Positions 53,294-63,045 of a stretch of DNA of 64,000 bases are shown in pieces. A program made the position numbers and the translations under genes. This stretch comes from Escherichia phage vB_EcoM_VR25, in sequence record NC_028925.1; one strand, written 5' to 3'. Position 1 is the stretch's first letter. Every line of letters starts with the position of its first letter. Below the pieces are notes generated by a model that worked only from the letters and a program-made list of their open reading frames with translations, did not search any database and had not been told where the DNA came from.

Positions 53294-53839
53294 ATGAAAA
53301 TTTATCACTTTTATTTTGACACGAAAGAATTTTACAAAGAAGAAAATTACAAACCGGTTAAAGGCCTTGGTCTTCCGGCTCACTCGACATCTAAAAAACC
53401 TTTAGAACCTAAAGAAGGATACGCGGTTGTATTTGATGAACGTAAACAAGATTGGATTTATGAAGAAGACCATCGCGGCAAACGAGCATGGACTTTTAAT
53501 AAAGAAGAAATCTTAATAAATGATATCGGAAGTTTAATAGGGGTTACTTTTGACGAGCCTGGTGAGTTTGATTTATGGACAGACGATGGTTGGAAAGAAG
53601 ACGAGACGTATAAACGAGTAATGATTCGTAATCAAAAAATTGACGATTTGTATAAAGAATTCCAGGTATTAAGTAATATGGTTGAAGCCTCTGTTGCTGA
53701 TAAGAAAGAAAAATTCTATCACCAGAATCTTAAACGTTTCTTTGCTCTTTTAGAAAAACACGAACACTTAGGTGGTGAATTTCCGGCTTGGCCAGAGAAA
53801 GAGAAAAAATCCTTTTTCAAAAGATTGTTTAAAAAATAA
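53294..53839 (+). CDS. 38: gp38 tail-fibre assembly chaperone (T4 type)
   Basis: 181 aa; near-identical to remembered T4 gp38 N-terminus (MKIYH.YFDTKEFYKEENYKPVKGLGLPAHST.KKPLEPKEGYAVVFDER). Confidence 0.9.
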   Translation: MKIYHFYFDTKEFYKEENYKPVKGLGLPAHSTSKKPLEPKEGYAVVFDERKQDWIYEEDHRGKRAWTFNKEEILINDIGSLIGVTFDEPGEFDLWTDDGWKEDETYKRVMIRNQKIDDLYKEFQVLSNMVEASVADKKEKFYHQNLKRFFALLEKHEHLGGEFPAWPEKEKKSFFKRLFKK

Positions 53840-53853
53840 TAACGCAAAAGCAT

Positions 53854-53861
53854 TATAAATA
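53854..53861 (+). promoter_or_regulatory. late promoter TATAAATA upstream of holin t
   Basis: Exact consensus ~20 nt upstream of ATG. Confidence 0.65.
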
Positions 53862-53879
53862 TCTTTAAAGGAGAAAAGT

Positions 53880-54533
53880 ATGGAACCAAAAGTAGGAATC
53901 TCAATTCCCGACCTACTTTTTGGACTTCTTGATAGAATTTTTAAAGATAATGCAACCGGGAAAGTTGTTTTTTCCCGGGTACTAGTTATTGTTCTATTAT
54001 TTTTAATGGCGGTAATCTGGTATAAAGGTGATGCAATTTTAGATGCGTATAGGGATGCTTCATATGCCTCGTACACAGAGATGATAAGGCAAGACCAGGA
54101 TAACAGATTTAAAATTGCAGCTATCGAGCAAATCCAGATAGTTCACTCATCAAGCGGAGCAGACTTTACAGCGATATATTCCTTTAGACCAACTAACCTT
54201 AACTACTTCGTGGATATGGTGGGGTATGAGGGGATATTACCTGAATCAGTTGACGAAAAAAATTTGGGTGGGTTTCCAATAGATAAGACTTCAGCGGAAT
54301 ATTTGGCGGGGGTTAATGGTAATTATTTTGAATCCGGTACGGAATCTGTATTCTTACCAACAAAGAAAAAAAGCAGCTTCGAATATATGTTCAGCTGCCC
54401 ATTCTTTAATTTGGAAAACGTTTACGCAGGCACAGTCTCGTTGTACTGGTATAAGCAAAAACCCGACCTTGGTTTTGATAGACTTTCTGCTATGTGTGGA
54501 CAAGCAGGTCGTACGCTCGGGCGTACACGTTAG
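53880..54533 (+). CDS. t: holin T
   Basis: 217 aa; N-terminal TM segment, matches remembered T4 T (…LFG.LDR.FKDNATGKV…YWY…); TATAAATA late promoter upstream. Confidence 0.9.
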   Translation: MEPKVGISIPDLLFGLLDRIFKDNATGKVVFSRVLVIVLLFLMAVIWYKGDAILDAYRDASYASYTEMIRQDQDNRFKIAAIEQIQIVHSSSGADFTAIYSFRPTNLNYFVDMVGYEGILPESVDEKNLGGFPIDKTSAEYLAGVNGNYFESGTESVFLPTKKKSSFEYMFSCPFFNLENVYAGTVSLYWYKQKPDLGFDRLSAMCGQAGRTLGRTR

Positions 54534-54805
54534 AATCCGGAGGTATACATCATCAGATATCGGTGTATATCTTCGAATCCTTCGTTAAATTGTTCAATGA
54601 TTTGTTCAATTTCATCTTCAGATAAACTTTTAAACAACTTGTTAAACGATACATTGTTTAACTCATTCCCATTCTCATTCCGCAATCCCAACTCATTCAA
54701 AAACGCGATAAACACATCACGCTTCATCGTAATATCTTCCCGGTCGGTTTTAATCAAAATAGAAGTTACAGTAACAATTTCAGAAACGATTTCAAATTTA
54801 GTCAT
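54530..54805 (-). CDS. asiA: anti-sigma70 factor AsiA
   Basis: 91 aa; matches remembered T4 AsiA (…TVASILIK..REDI…FIAFLNE.G…FNEGFE…YRYL.MYT). Confidence 0.85.
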   Translation of the reverse strand: MTKFEIVSEIVTVTSILIKTDREDITMKRDVFIAFLNELGLRNENGNELNNVSFNKLFKSLSEDEIEQIIEQFNEGFEDIHRYLMMYTSGF

Positions 54806-54863
54806 TTTAATTTACTCAAGTATTCAATAAGACATTCAATTATTCAGTAAGGATATTGTACTA

Positions 54864-55028
54864 TTATTCCTCTGGGTTGTACACATGATTTTCCATCTGT
54901 ACAACATATGTCTGATACATATCTTCAATTGGTTCCTGGAACTTAAAATCAGCCCCAAGAAATTCCTCAAAGCAAGCCTGCTCGTGTGTACGCTGACCAG
55001 TGATGGTGTTCTCTAAGTTATGACTCAT
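54864..55028 (-). CDS. small hypothetical protein, 54 aa (asiA.1 position)
   Basis: Hand-translated MSHNLENTITGQRTHEQACFEEFLGADFKFQEPIEDMYQTYVVQMENHVYNPEE; below ORF-track cutoff. Confidence 0.35.
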   Translation of the reverse strand: MSHNLENTITGQRTHEQACFEEFLGADFKFQEPIEDMYQTYVVQMENHVYNPEE

Positions 55029-55038
55029 ATGTTATTCC

Positions 55039-55320
55039 TCAATCAATATAATCTTCTAGACCAAAATCATCGATTTCTTCTTGGATTTCTCTTAAAATTT
55101 GTTCTTCATCTAAGTCAGCACCAAAGGTCACTTTAACATAACCGGGACGTTCACTAGAGAACCGAATTGTGTATTCCGGTTGAATATAACCAAAACTACT
55201 ATCCAAATCACAAAGAATTTCTGCATAGATTTCGTCGCCGACAGCAGCATGAATTTTAAAAAGTTCATCAATGAGAATAACTAGTTCAGTTGCTTTGCAC
55301 GTATGGAGTTTAGTAATCAT
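55039..55320 (-). CDS. acidic small protein, possible Arn-like anti-restriction DNA mimic (by position and charge)
   Basis: 93 aa, strongly acidic C-terminal half; T4 arn position. Confidence 0.4.
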   Translation of the reverse strand: MITKLHTCKATELVILIDELFKIHAAVGDEIYAEILCDLDSSFGYIQPEYTIRFSSERPGYVKVTFGADLDEEQILREIQEEIDDFGLEDYID

Positions 55321-55421
55321 AGCCTTTACCCTTGTGTTTCTGCTTGCGATTGGATTCTTTAAAGTTTTTCTTCTTGTCCTTATGGACAGACGCCTTATTG
55401 AAATCGTGCTTAGCTACTAGA

Positions 55422-55619
55422 TTATTCATAATATGCAATTACCTCTCTTAAACATCCACCTGTAAGACTGAAACGCTTGGCTACCCCACACTCAATGATA
55501 TGTTCTGAAAGCATATTCACATCAGTATAACCCAGCTCGACGATGAAGTATTTTATAGTTTCCTTATCACGAGAATTTAAACTATTGAAATACTCTGATT
55601 TTGAATTAAGAGTCTTCAT
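55422..55619 (-). CDS. hypothetical protein
   Basis: 65 aa ORF. Confidence 0.45.
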   Translation of the reverse strand: MKTLNSKSEYFNSLNSRDKETIKYFIVELGYTDVNMLSEHIIECGVAKRFSLTGGCLREVIAYYE

Positions 55620-55881
55620 GTAATTTCCTCAATTGATATTCCAACGAACTAATAATTCCTTTGTTTGTAGCAATATACATATCACGTAAAAATGGTTTTA
55701 AACCGGACATATTTTTGTGAATGTCGTCAGGAGAAATATGGTTTATATATTCGTGGTCTAAAGCATCCCAGGCGGGTTGGTTAACATAAGTTCCCCAGTT
55801 ATCTTCCATCATAGCATTCAGACGTTTGATATGATTAATATGACCTTCGATTGCATCAATCTGGAGTTGTTTAAGGTTCAT
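55606..55881 (-). CDS. hypothetical protein
   Basis: 91 aa ORF. Confidence 0.5.
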   Translation of the reverse strand: MNLKQLQIDAIEGHINHIKRLNAMMEDNWGTYVNQPAWDALDHEYINHISPDDIHKNMSGLKPFLRDMYIATNKGIISSLEYQLRKLHEDS

Positions 55882-56351
55882 TAGTAAAGGTCCTCTGAAT
55901 AAAGTTCGTCTTCGCGACCGCCACGTTCAATACGTACCTGGCCTGCATAAGTAGCAATAATCATGGCTTCTTTACGAGTCCAATAATTGCTGTATTGGTC
56001 GATAAATCCTTGGTCGTCGCCACATACCTGACATGAAACCACTTTGTCTTCAACTGCATCCAATACTGCAGCCATGTCTTTAGAATAATGACGAGCACCC
56101 GGAATAACGAGTGTTCCACCTTCCTTTAATTTAAAACGGTTCGCTGCTGAAACAATACGTCGTTGGAATTTCTGGTCATTACACCAGTACCCGAGCTCCC
56201 AACAGATTTCTGGGACTTCATCCAGGACATCTTGTTCTGTATATTCACCACCATAAGAAGCTAATTTAGCAGCCAGACTTTCAGGAGTCTCGCGTGATAA
56301 AGCCAGGTCTAATAGTTCAAGGCGTTCTTTGAAGGTTTTCATTTGAACCAT
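55881..56351 (-). CDS. hypothetical protein
   Basis: 156 aa ORF. Confidence 0.5.
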   Translation of the reverse strand: MVQMKTFKERLELLDLALSRETPESLAAKLASYGGEYTEQDVLDEVPEICWELGYWCNDQKFQRRIVSAANRFKLKEGGTLVIPGARHYSKDMAAVLDAVEDKVVSCQVCGDDQGFIDQYSNYWTRKEAMIIATYAGQVRIERGGREDELYSEDLY

Positions 56352-56683
56352 CCTTTAACACGTTGCCACAGACTTTTCTGTTGAGCTTTATTAACACCAA
56401 TTGAGCGAATAACTGGTTGTGATTCCTGGTATTCTTTGTAGTCAGCTTTATATACTTCATATGCCGCTGGAACAAAGGCACCAATTGCCGCCATGAAGTT
56501 CTTGCGAATACCACCAGGAGCTACTCCATTAGGGAATTCAGAATTTTCACGAATGATTAAATATAACCCAGCTTTGACCTTGATAATAGTTCCAAGATAA
56601 GCGCCATGATACCAAACATCCCAACCCTCTTGAGTAGGTTCTACACAAGCGCGCAATTCATTAACAATATTCAGCTTATTCAT
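56339..56683 (-). CDS. hypothetical protein
   Basis: 114 aa ORF. Confidence 0.5.
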   Translation of the reverse strand: MNKLNIVNELRACVEPTQEGWDVWYHGAYLGTIIKVKAGLYLIIRENSEFPNGVAPGGIRKNFMAAIGAFVPAAYEVYKADYKEYQESQPVIRSIGVNKAQQKSLWQRVKGWFK

Positions 56684-56685
56684 AA

Positions 56686-56862
56686 TTAGCCCCTCACTTT
56701 CAAAGTTACAGATTGAATTTCAATTTCAACATCATCGCGATATTCACGGTCATCACCATGAATCTGACCAAGGCGAACACACGCATCATATTCATTTTTT
56801 GCAGGGATTTGGTAATCACGTTCTTTACCATCTTTTAAGTACTTAATCAGATAGATGTTCAT
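56686..56862 (-). CDS. small hypothetical protein, 58 aa (motA.1 position)
   Basis: Hand-translated MNIYLIKYLKDGKERDYQIPAKNEYDACVRLGQIHGDDREYRDDVEIEIQSVTLKVRG; below ORF-track cutoff. Confidence 0.35.
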   Translation of the reverse strand: MNIYLIKYLKDGKERDYQIPAKNEYDACVRLGQIHGDDREYRDDVEIEIQSVTLKVRG

Positions 56863-56872
56863 AATAATTTCC

Positions 56873-57481
56873 TCACTTTAAGATGTTAATAACATGTTGA
56901 ATGTTTTCAGTTGACATATGATTGTCAATGTATGTATTCAATCCACCTACTTTAACGCTAAATCCCACGTCTGTAAACTGTTTTACTATCTTTTGTTCAG
57001 TATTATACGCATGCACGCGAATCTGACCATCACGTCGCACATCAATCTGTTTTAATGTCTTGACACGCTTGAACTTCACAATCAAATTACTGCGGTCTTC
57101 TGAAATGCTCTTAAAGTCAATACCAATGGACAACAATTGCTCTTTGATATATTCTGCAGTCGCTTCCATTTCATCAGTCACGCCGCGTTTTGTTCTTGTC
57201 TTCTTTACTTCCAGAAGGTCAGGATTATTTTCATTTGCCCAAAGTTCAGCTGCATCCAGAATAAGGTCAACACCCTTTTCTGTAATCATCAAACCATCGC
57301 CAGAAGCTTCAACATAGTTGTTATTCAACAATGTCTGTACGCTATCAATTGATGTGTTCTGCTGGTCTAAAACAACCTCAGGACGAACAAAGTTGTTTTT
57401 GTATACAAACACCAGAGCATTAACATCAGTCTCGTGTAGAGCGTTCTGGGAGCATTTAACGATATAATTTAACTTGTTCAT
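56873..57481 (-). CDS. motA: MotA middle-transcription activator
   Basis: 202 aa; similarity to remembered T4 MotA (…GLVEKSGDGL.IT…, C-terminal …FTDIG.S.K…ENI…VI); synteny. Confidence 0.75.
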   Translation of the reverse strand: MNKLNYIVKCSQNALHETDVNALVFVYKNNFVRPEVVLDQQNTSIDSVQTLLNNNYVEASGDGLMITEKGVDLILDAAELWANENNPDLLEVKKTRTKRGVTDEMEATAEYIKEQLLSIGIDFKSISEDRSNLIVKFKRVKTLKQIDVRRDGQIRVHAYNTEQKIVKQFTDVGFSVKVGGLNTYIDNHMSTENIQHVINILK

Positions 57482-57483
57482 AA

Positions 57484-57711
57484 TTATCCCTTGATGGATT
57501 TCATGTAATTGGATGCATATGATTGTACCACAGTACGCTTCATATGGGAAGTAGAAACAATAACATCAATCGCTTGTTTACGTTCTTCTTTAGAATTCGC
57601 CAGTTTGAACATGTCAAAGTAGTAATAGCAAGCTTCTTTGTTAGATTTGAATTTAGCGTTGATGTATTCTTGACCTTCATTCTGTTGTGCAGTAAACATT
57701 TTATTCTCCAA
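57484..57711 (-). CDS. hypothetical protein
   Basis: 75 aa ORF. Confidence 0.45.
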   Translation of the reverse strand: MENKMFTAQQNEGQEYINAKFKSNKEACYYYFDMFKLANSKEERKQAIDVIVSTSHMKRTVVQSYASNYMKSIKG

Positions 57712-57808
57712 AGTTTTTGTGATTCAGTGTGTAACTCAGTATGGAATCATTATGCATCAGGTCAAGGGGTTTGTATACTACTTTTTTTAAAATATTTTAA
57801 AATAAAAA

Positions 57809-57826
57809 AGGACCCCGAAGGGTCCT
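57809..57826 (-). terminator. hairpin terminator downstream of gene 52 and small membrane ORF
   Basis: aggaccc cgaa gggtcct followed by TTTTTTATTTT on minus strand. Confidence 0.6.
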
Positions 57827-57922
57827 AGTCTTTATCTATCTTATTGCCAATAAACATACCAACAATCACACCCGCGATTGCCGCGAAAATACAAAGCAAT
57901 GCAAACTCCACTCCAAAACTCA
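57826..57922 (-). CDS. small membrane protein, ~32 aa, start overlapping gene 52 stop (ATGA)
   Basis: Hand-translated MSFGVEFALLCIFAAIAGVIVGMFIGNKIDKD; single TM helix; coordinates +/-1 nt. Confidence 0.35.
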
Positions 57923-59299
57923 TAGAGCCTCCAAGTCATTAAGGTATTCCGTTTTAACATCAGTTGCCTTCCAGTACTCATGCTCAGCTTTCTTAGCCTT
58001 TGCTTCGTCTGCAAGCTTCTTGGCTTCGTCAGAGGTCATATGGTAGATGTTCATCGCCACTAACTTCTCTGCATAATCGCCATATATTTCGCTTGCCTGG
58101 AGCTCCTCAATCAACTTCTTACGAGGTTTCCCCTGGATAACAACCTTGCCATCAATCACTTCTTTAATAAAGAAAACTTTCGCGCGGGCCAGTTTAAATG
58201 CTGCTTCAGTTTCTTTAATCTTACTGTCAATTCGCACTTGGACATAAGTCTTACGGACATCAACGAAATCGCGAATCAGGTCAAGCGTGTTGGTGTATTC
58301 AGCCAGTTTACCTTTGTGATTAAGCACTGTTAAGTTCTGGGAGAGCTTTTCAATCAGACCAAAGTCTTTCATGATTTTCTCATGATTCTCTTCTTCAGTG
58401 CCATCCAGCTTGTATTCTTTACGGAATTTAATCTTAAACCCAAAACCATGTTCGCCGCAGTTATCTTTCCAGGTGATAAAACCTTTCTCTTCCAGCGGGT
58501 CCAGGATTTTACTTGTATACTTTTCCAGGTTCCATTGGACTGGAATTTCAGTAATTTCCATTTGAGTCCTGGAAGTCATTTTGTACGTGCCATGAAGCTC
58601 ATACTTGCCAGGTTCTTCCAGCTCAACAACTTCACCACGGAATTCTGGATATTTTACTTTCGGAGCAACCGGCTCACGACCTTCCACGATAGCTTTAACA
58701 GCTTCCTTGACGTCCTGGAACGAATGAGGAAGAATATCAGTAGCGAAGCCAACAGCAATCCCAGAAGTGGCGTTAAGTAATACAGTAGGAATAACAGGAA
58801 GATAAAAAGCAGGAGGCTTATGTTCTTCATCAGGATGGACCGGAGCATATTCTGTATCCTTAAACAAGTTGTAAAAGTTCTTTGAAACCCTTGCGAATAC
58901 ATAACGAGCTGATGATGCTTCTGGAACCATTCTGGAACCAAAGTTGCCTTGCCCATCAAACATAGGATATTCATTTTTATATGTTGCGACCAAACCGGAT
59001 GTTGCTTCTTCTGCTGATGCTTCACCATGGTGATAACCATAATCAGCTACGCCACCTGCGATGGATGCAACCTTATGGAATTTATTCTTATCGCCACGAG
59101 CCAGGTCTAATGCTCTCGCCATAACAAATCTGTGAACTGGTTTAAAACCATCAATCATGTTTGGGATGGCGCGACCTTCCACAGTGTAGATAGCATATGA
59201 CAATGCTTCCACATCAATAATGTCTTTTAGACTACGTGGGTTAAGCGACCCCATGGAATCACTGAACTGTTTGGACATCATACTTAAAACGTCAGACAT
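57920..59299 (-). CDS. 52: DNA topoisomerase II medium subunit gp52 (GyrA-like breakage-reunion domain)
   Basis: 459 aa; N-terminal GyrA-like region (…AIPNMIDGFKPVHRFV…); synteny after motA. Confidence 0.85.
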   Translation of the reverse strand: MSDVLSMMSKQFSDSMGSLNPRSLKDIIDVEALSYAIYTVEGRAIPNMIDGFKPVHRFVMARALDLARGDKNKFHKVASIAGGVADYGYHHGEASAEEATSGLVATYKNEYPMFDGQGNFGSRMVPEASSARYVFARVSKNFYNLFKDTEYAPVHPDEEHKPPAFYLPVIPTVLLNATSGIAVGFATDILPHSFQDVKEAVKAIVEGREPVAPKVKYPEFRGEVVELEEPGKYELHGTYKMTSRTQMEITEIPVQWNLEKYTSKILDPLEEKGFITWKDNCGEHGFGFKIKFRKEYKLDGTEEENHEKIMKDFGLIEKLSQNLTVLNHKGKLAEYTNTLDLIRDFVDVRKTYVQVRIDSKIKETEAAFKLARAKVFFIKEVIDGKVVIQGKPRKKLIEELQASEIYGDYAEKLVAMNIYHMTSDEAKKLADEAKAKKAEHEYWKATDVKTEYLNDLEAL

Positions 59300-59307
59300 A
59301 TATCACC

Positions 59308-59448
59308 TTACCAGATTAACGAATGTACTGCCATTATAGCATCAGAAATAAAAAGCACAACCTGCACTAATGCAAACATAACTCCATAATACAGCGCTAC
59401 CAATAAGGTAGCAAGGGCTAACGAGTAGCCCAAGATTTTCTTAATCAT
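59308..59448 (-). CDS. small membrane protein, 46 aa
   Basis: Hand-translated [46 protein letters not shown]; below ORF-track cutoff. Confidence 0.35.
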   Translation of the reverse strand: MIKKILGYSLALATLLVALYYGVMFALVQVVLFISDAIMAVHSLIW

Positions 59449-59629
59449 TGCTCACCGCGGAAACCATAAATTTAACAAAGGCATCAACTACAAACCATCC
59501 ACACAAGAAATAAACAAACCACATAGGCGGGATGAAGACACCTGCGACAAAAAGAGTTACTAAAACAATGACCGCCACTAGATAAATGAATGAAAAGACT
59601 GATGTCATATTTTCCTCAAGGGCGTCCAA
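59441..59629 (-). CDS. small membrane protein
   Basis: 62 aa with two hydrophobic helices. Confidence 0.45.
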   Translation of the reverse strand: MDALEENMTSVFSFIYLVAVIVLVTLFVAGVFIPPMWFVYFLCGWFVVDAFVKFMVSAVSND

Positions 59630-59697
59630 AGACGCCAGTTAATTTCAGATTATGACGATGCCATTGCATCACATGTTCGTTATGGAAATTACTCATA

Positions 59698-60147
59698 TTA
59701 ATAGCTCTGCAGAATAAATTTAAAGTTATCAGCAAGCATGCGATTCATTTCTGAAAGGGTCTGGCAATCAGAACTATGCGAGCGAGTGAACGCCATCGCA
59801 ATTTGACCTTTACCATAACCAGTTGTCAGAGGTTTCATTTTAGAAACCGGGACAAACAGGACTTCATAGATAACCCCATTGTTCGCCATTGTGCGAGACA
59901 GTTGTGAACGCTGTTTGCGGATGTGACTTAATACAGTGTCAAACCCTTGTTGTGAACGTTGGTTACCAACATAAAAACGTGCAGCAACAATACGTGATTC
60001 GCCTTCACCTTTGACCACGAAATAAAAACCTGGTTGGGTAATAGCTTCTTTAGTTGGACGACCCGCAACATAATTACCATTATGGATGTAAGCAATAGTG
60101 GTAGCGCCGGCATTCAGTACGTCACGACGAGTCATGTAAGTAGTCAT
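59698..60147 (-). CDS. ndd: Ndd nucleoid-disruption protein
   Basis: 149 aa; matches remembered T4 Ndd (…NAGAT…KPGFYF…[19 protein letters not shown]…MKPLTTG.GKGQ.A.AFTR…[14 protein letters not shown]). Confidence 0.85.
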   Translation of the reverse strand: MTTYMTRRDVLNAGATTIAYIHNGNYVAGRPTKEAITQPGFYFVVKGEGESRIVAARFYVGNQRSQQGFDTVLSHIRKQRSQLSRTMANNGVIYEVLFVPVSKMKPLTTGYGKGQIAMAFTRSHSSDCQTLSEMNRMLADNFKFILQSY

Positions 60148-60185
60148 ATTAATTTCCTCAGTAAGTTAAAGTTTTGTGCTCCAGT

Positions 60186-60221
60186 GGGGTCATTATACTC
60201 TGACCCCAAGAGTTTGTACAC
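60186..60221 (-). promoter_or_regulatory. early promoter cassette with stem-loop enclosing the -10 box (PeSL-like), paralog of 30646..30681
   Basis: Minus strand GTGTAC-N18-TATAAT; inverted repeat ggggtc/gacccc flanks the -10. Confidence 0.5.
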
Positions 60222-60565
60222 TATTTTTGAAGCTGTTCTAAAATAAATCCGCTGGTGTAAAGGCTTGCATTATACAGGCGGTCAAGAGACAATGAATCCA
60301 ATCCATAAGCTTCACGAATTGCATTGATAGCACTTTCGTAACTTGTATAATAAACATCGCGATAATCACGGTCCATAGTCATGCGGAACTTAATAAATTT
60401 ATAGAAACCAGTTTCAGGGTCCTGATAGAATGCAAATTCTGCAGACATCAAATTTTTAAGGTGAACAACTTTTGTGCCACCTGAATAACTTAAATCAAAG
60501 GCTTCTGATACGCTAATTTGTTTAAAGAACATAATGTTGCGATTGCCAAAAAAGACTTTAGACAT
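60221..60565 (-). CDS. hypothetical protein
   Basis: 114 aa ORF preceded by promoter/stem-loop cassette. Confidence 0.5.
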   Translation of the reverse strand: MSKVFFGNRNIMFFKQISVSEAFDLSYSGGTKVVHLKNLMSAEFAFYQDPETGFYKFIKFRMTMDRDYRDVYYTSYESAINAIREAYGLDSLSLDRLYNASLYTSGFILEQLQK

Positions 60566-60581
60566 AATGATTTCCTCAATT

Positions 60582-60827
60582 TTATTCAGGGTCTACCGCG
60601 CTATCCCACAAGTCAACTTCTTCTGATGATTCCATCAGTTCATCGACCGTAAAACATTCAGTATTATTTTCAATTGCAAAGCGCTTGCGATACCAGGGGT
60701 AATCCAAACAGTTTTCAGTGCGCACAGGGCGTTCACTGTTATCCATCAAAGGTGAAATGCGAATCAGTTGTTGACCATTACCCAGGACAAATTTTTCACC
60801 AACTACAATGTCTTTAAAAAGTTTCAT
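60582..60827 (-). CDS. hypothetical protein
   Basis: 81 aa ORF. Confidence 0.45.
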   Translation of the reverse strand: MKLFKDIVVGEKFVLGNGQQLIRISPLMDNSERPVRTENCLDYPWYRKRFAIENNTECFTVDELMESSEEVDLWDSAVDPE

Positions 60828-61078
60828 TGCTTAGCTCCATTCCAAATTACGTCAACAACAGACTTCAGACCATTATCCTGGATTTGCGTGAACACTTCAG
60901 CAGCAATCCAGACCTGGAAACCAATCATTACAATGGCACCAATGAAAATCAGGATAATCATCGCCACAATAAACTTGAACATAAAGTCAAAGCGACGATT
61001 GGATTTTTTAAATTGTGATTGGTAATTCATAATATTATCCTCAAAAGAAATAGTTAAAGTAAACATGCACATGGTCAA
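60824..61078 (-). CDS. hypothetical membrane protein
   Basis: 84 aa; TM helix FIVAMIILIFIGAIVMIGF. Confidence 0.45.
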   Translation of the reverse strand: MTMCMFTLTISFEDNIMNYQSQFKKSNRRFDFMFKFIVAMIILIFIGAIVMIGFQVWIAAEVFTQIQDNGLKSVVDVIWNGAKQ

Positions 61079-61296
61079 TCATAAAAACAATTGGGAAAAT
61101 GCTCAGGACAACAAACAGTACAAACATGTTCCAAATGGCTTTAAGTAACTTTTTCATAATCATCTCCAGTAGTTGATAGGTTCATTATACTACAACCACC
61201 GGAGATGTACACTCTTTTATGCTGTTATTAATAAACTAAAACACACACAAATCATTGGAATGGATAATACCCAGATAAGACACCAATTTTTGCTGC

Positions 61297-61563
61297 TCAA
61301 AATATCACCTCTTTGATTTCAATCAATCCCCTGTACAATGCAGTGCGGAGGTCATAAAGAATATCTATGCCATCAACATTATCCAGCTTGCCATCAATAA
61401 GCTTTTCCAAATCTTCCTTTGATGCAACCAATGGGCGAAGAAATTTACAATCAGAAAGAGATAACTCTGTAGTAACATCATCACCATCACCTGACGCATC
61501 ATACATAGCGGCAACAACCGTACCTGTAACTTTGTGTTTGGCGTAGTATAATTTAATATCCAT
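61297..61563 (-). CDS. hypothetical protein
   Basis: 88 aa ORF preceded by promoter cassette. Confidence 0.5.
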   Translation of the reverse strand: MDIKLYYAKHKVTGTVVAAMYDASGDGDDVTTELSLSDCKFLRPLVASKEDLEKLIDGKLDNVDGIDILYDLRTALYRGLIEIKEVIF

Positions 61564-61639
61564 TTTATTTTCCAGTTGTTTAGTAACTCAGTACGGAATC
61601 ATTATACATAGACTCCATACTGATGTACACTATTTTTAA

Positions 61640-62020
61640 TTAATTATGCATTTGTTCTTTAACTTCTTTGTATGCGCCAACTGCATTCACGACCCCAGTA
61701 AAATCTGCAGTCCCACGATAGAGATAGAAAGCGATTTCAGTCAGGTGGTAGACTTCAAATTCTGAAAGATAAACGATAACGTCATAATAGGCAACTTGAC
61801 CCTGGACTTCGTTGAATACCACATCAAAAATTTCATGGGTTGGAAAATTGATGTTGTTGTTTTTGAGTGCTTGAATAAGAATTTGTTTGATGTGATGAGT
61901 AGTAACGTGTTCCATGATAATGTCCTCATTTGTTGGTATGAGGACATTATTACACAGTTGGTTCAGCTTGTAAACCGGTGATAGGGAAATTTTTCTTCTG
62001 AACAAGAACGGAGGTACCAA
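61640..62020 (-). CDS. hypothetical protein
   Basis: 126 aa ORF. Confidence 0.5.
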   Translation of the reverse strand: MVPPFLFRRKISLSPVYKLNQLCNNVLIPTNEDIIMEHVTTHHIKQILIQALKNNNINFPTHEIFDVVFNEVQGQVAYYDVIVYLSEFEVYHLTEIAFYLYRGTADFTGVVNAVGAYKEVKEQMHN

Positions 62021-62556
62021 CCATCCCCTTGTGACTTCTGCACAAGTCCAGACTCAGGAACGAAAGCACCAGGCCCAGCAAGGAATTTTGGTTTAAATCT
62101 ATAACCTTTGATAGTCTCTTTAACATTAAACATAATCATAAGGTCAGCAAGCTTGTGTTGCATAAAGGGTCCAAGATTAACTCCGTAACCATGTGGATAA
62201 TCGCCCTGGTGGCCAGTATGCACGGATATCCATTTGGAGCCAGATTGGTGAGTCTTAACTTCGATTCTTACCCCTTCCTGGGAGACTACATCGAATGCAA
62301 AAGAGAATGGGTTATTGTAATCTTCATCGCCGCCACATAAGAAACCGGAGGTCCATTTGGCAATAGCTTGTTCGGCCATTGTAGCCACCATACATCTTTG
62401 CATGACTTGCTCACGGTCCTGGCCTGGGTCTTTACTCAATGAATACCTGGCGGTGTCTACAATCTTTTGCAGGGATTCGGGGGTTAAGTCTTCCTTTGTA
62501 TAAAGAAAGGAAGGCATCTTTTTCAGATGCTCCCATGTTTTACTCTTCTGAATCAT
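61963..62556 (-). CDS. hypothetical protein (denB-position candidate; function not established here)
   Basis: ORF 61963..62664, probable internal start (MIQKSK, ~197 aa). Confidence 0.4.
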   Translation of the reverse strand: MIQKSKTWEHLKKMPSFLYTKEDLTPESLQKIVDTARYSLSKDPGQDREQVMQRCMVATMAEQAIAKWTSGFLCGGDEDYNNPFSFAFDVVSQEGVRIEVKTHQSGSKWISVHTGHQGDYPHGYGVNLGPFMQHKLADLMIMFNVKETIKGYRFKPKFLAGPGAFVPESGLVQKSQGDGWYLRSCSEEKFPYHRFTS

Positions 62557-62809
62557 CTTGAACCTCATCAATACCGACGATTCCCCGGATATGAAGCTCG
62601 CCATAGTACAAACGGTCATTAGCATCAAATGTATCAGAATCCGGGTCAGGGAATTCCCCAACAACTACTTCATCACATTCCAACCAGCCATAGTGAACAT
62701 CACCTTCATGCTTGATGAGCTTACCACAGTAAACTGTTCCTGCATAATGATGACCCCGGAGATTTGAAACTTTGATGTCACGGTCTGACACATTGAAATG
62801 CTTAATCAT
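62540..62809 (-). CDS. hypothetical protein
   Basis: 89 aa ORF. Confidence 0.45.
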   Translation of the reverse strand: MIKHFNVSDRDIKVSNLRGHHYAGTVYCGKLIKHEGDVHYGWLECDEVVVGEFPDPDSDTFDANDRLYYGELHIRGIVGIDEVQDDSEE

Positions 62810-62812
62810 AAT

Positions 62813-63010
62813 TTATTCACCAAAATAAGAAATACGGATTGCCAGTACATGAGCGTAAGCGCTCATTGCATCTAACTGGGCATTCAAAAGACCTTGCTGA
62901 CGATTATCGAGAGTTTCAAAAACACCACCTTTAACAAACGTTTCAAGAGCATTGATTTTCAGGACCAGTTGGTCATATTCTTCAACTACACGTGCTTGGA
63001 AACCTAACAT
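62813..63010 (-). CDS. hypothetical protein (rII.1 position)
   Basis: 65 aa ORF. Confidence 0.45.
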   Translation of the reverse strand: MLGFQARVVEEYDQLVLKINALETFVKGGVFETLDNRQQGLLNAQLDAMSAYAHVLAIRISYFGE

Positions 63011-63045
63011 AAAGCCTCATTAGGGGCCGAAGCCCCCCGATTAAT

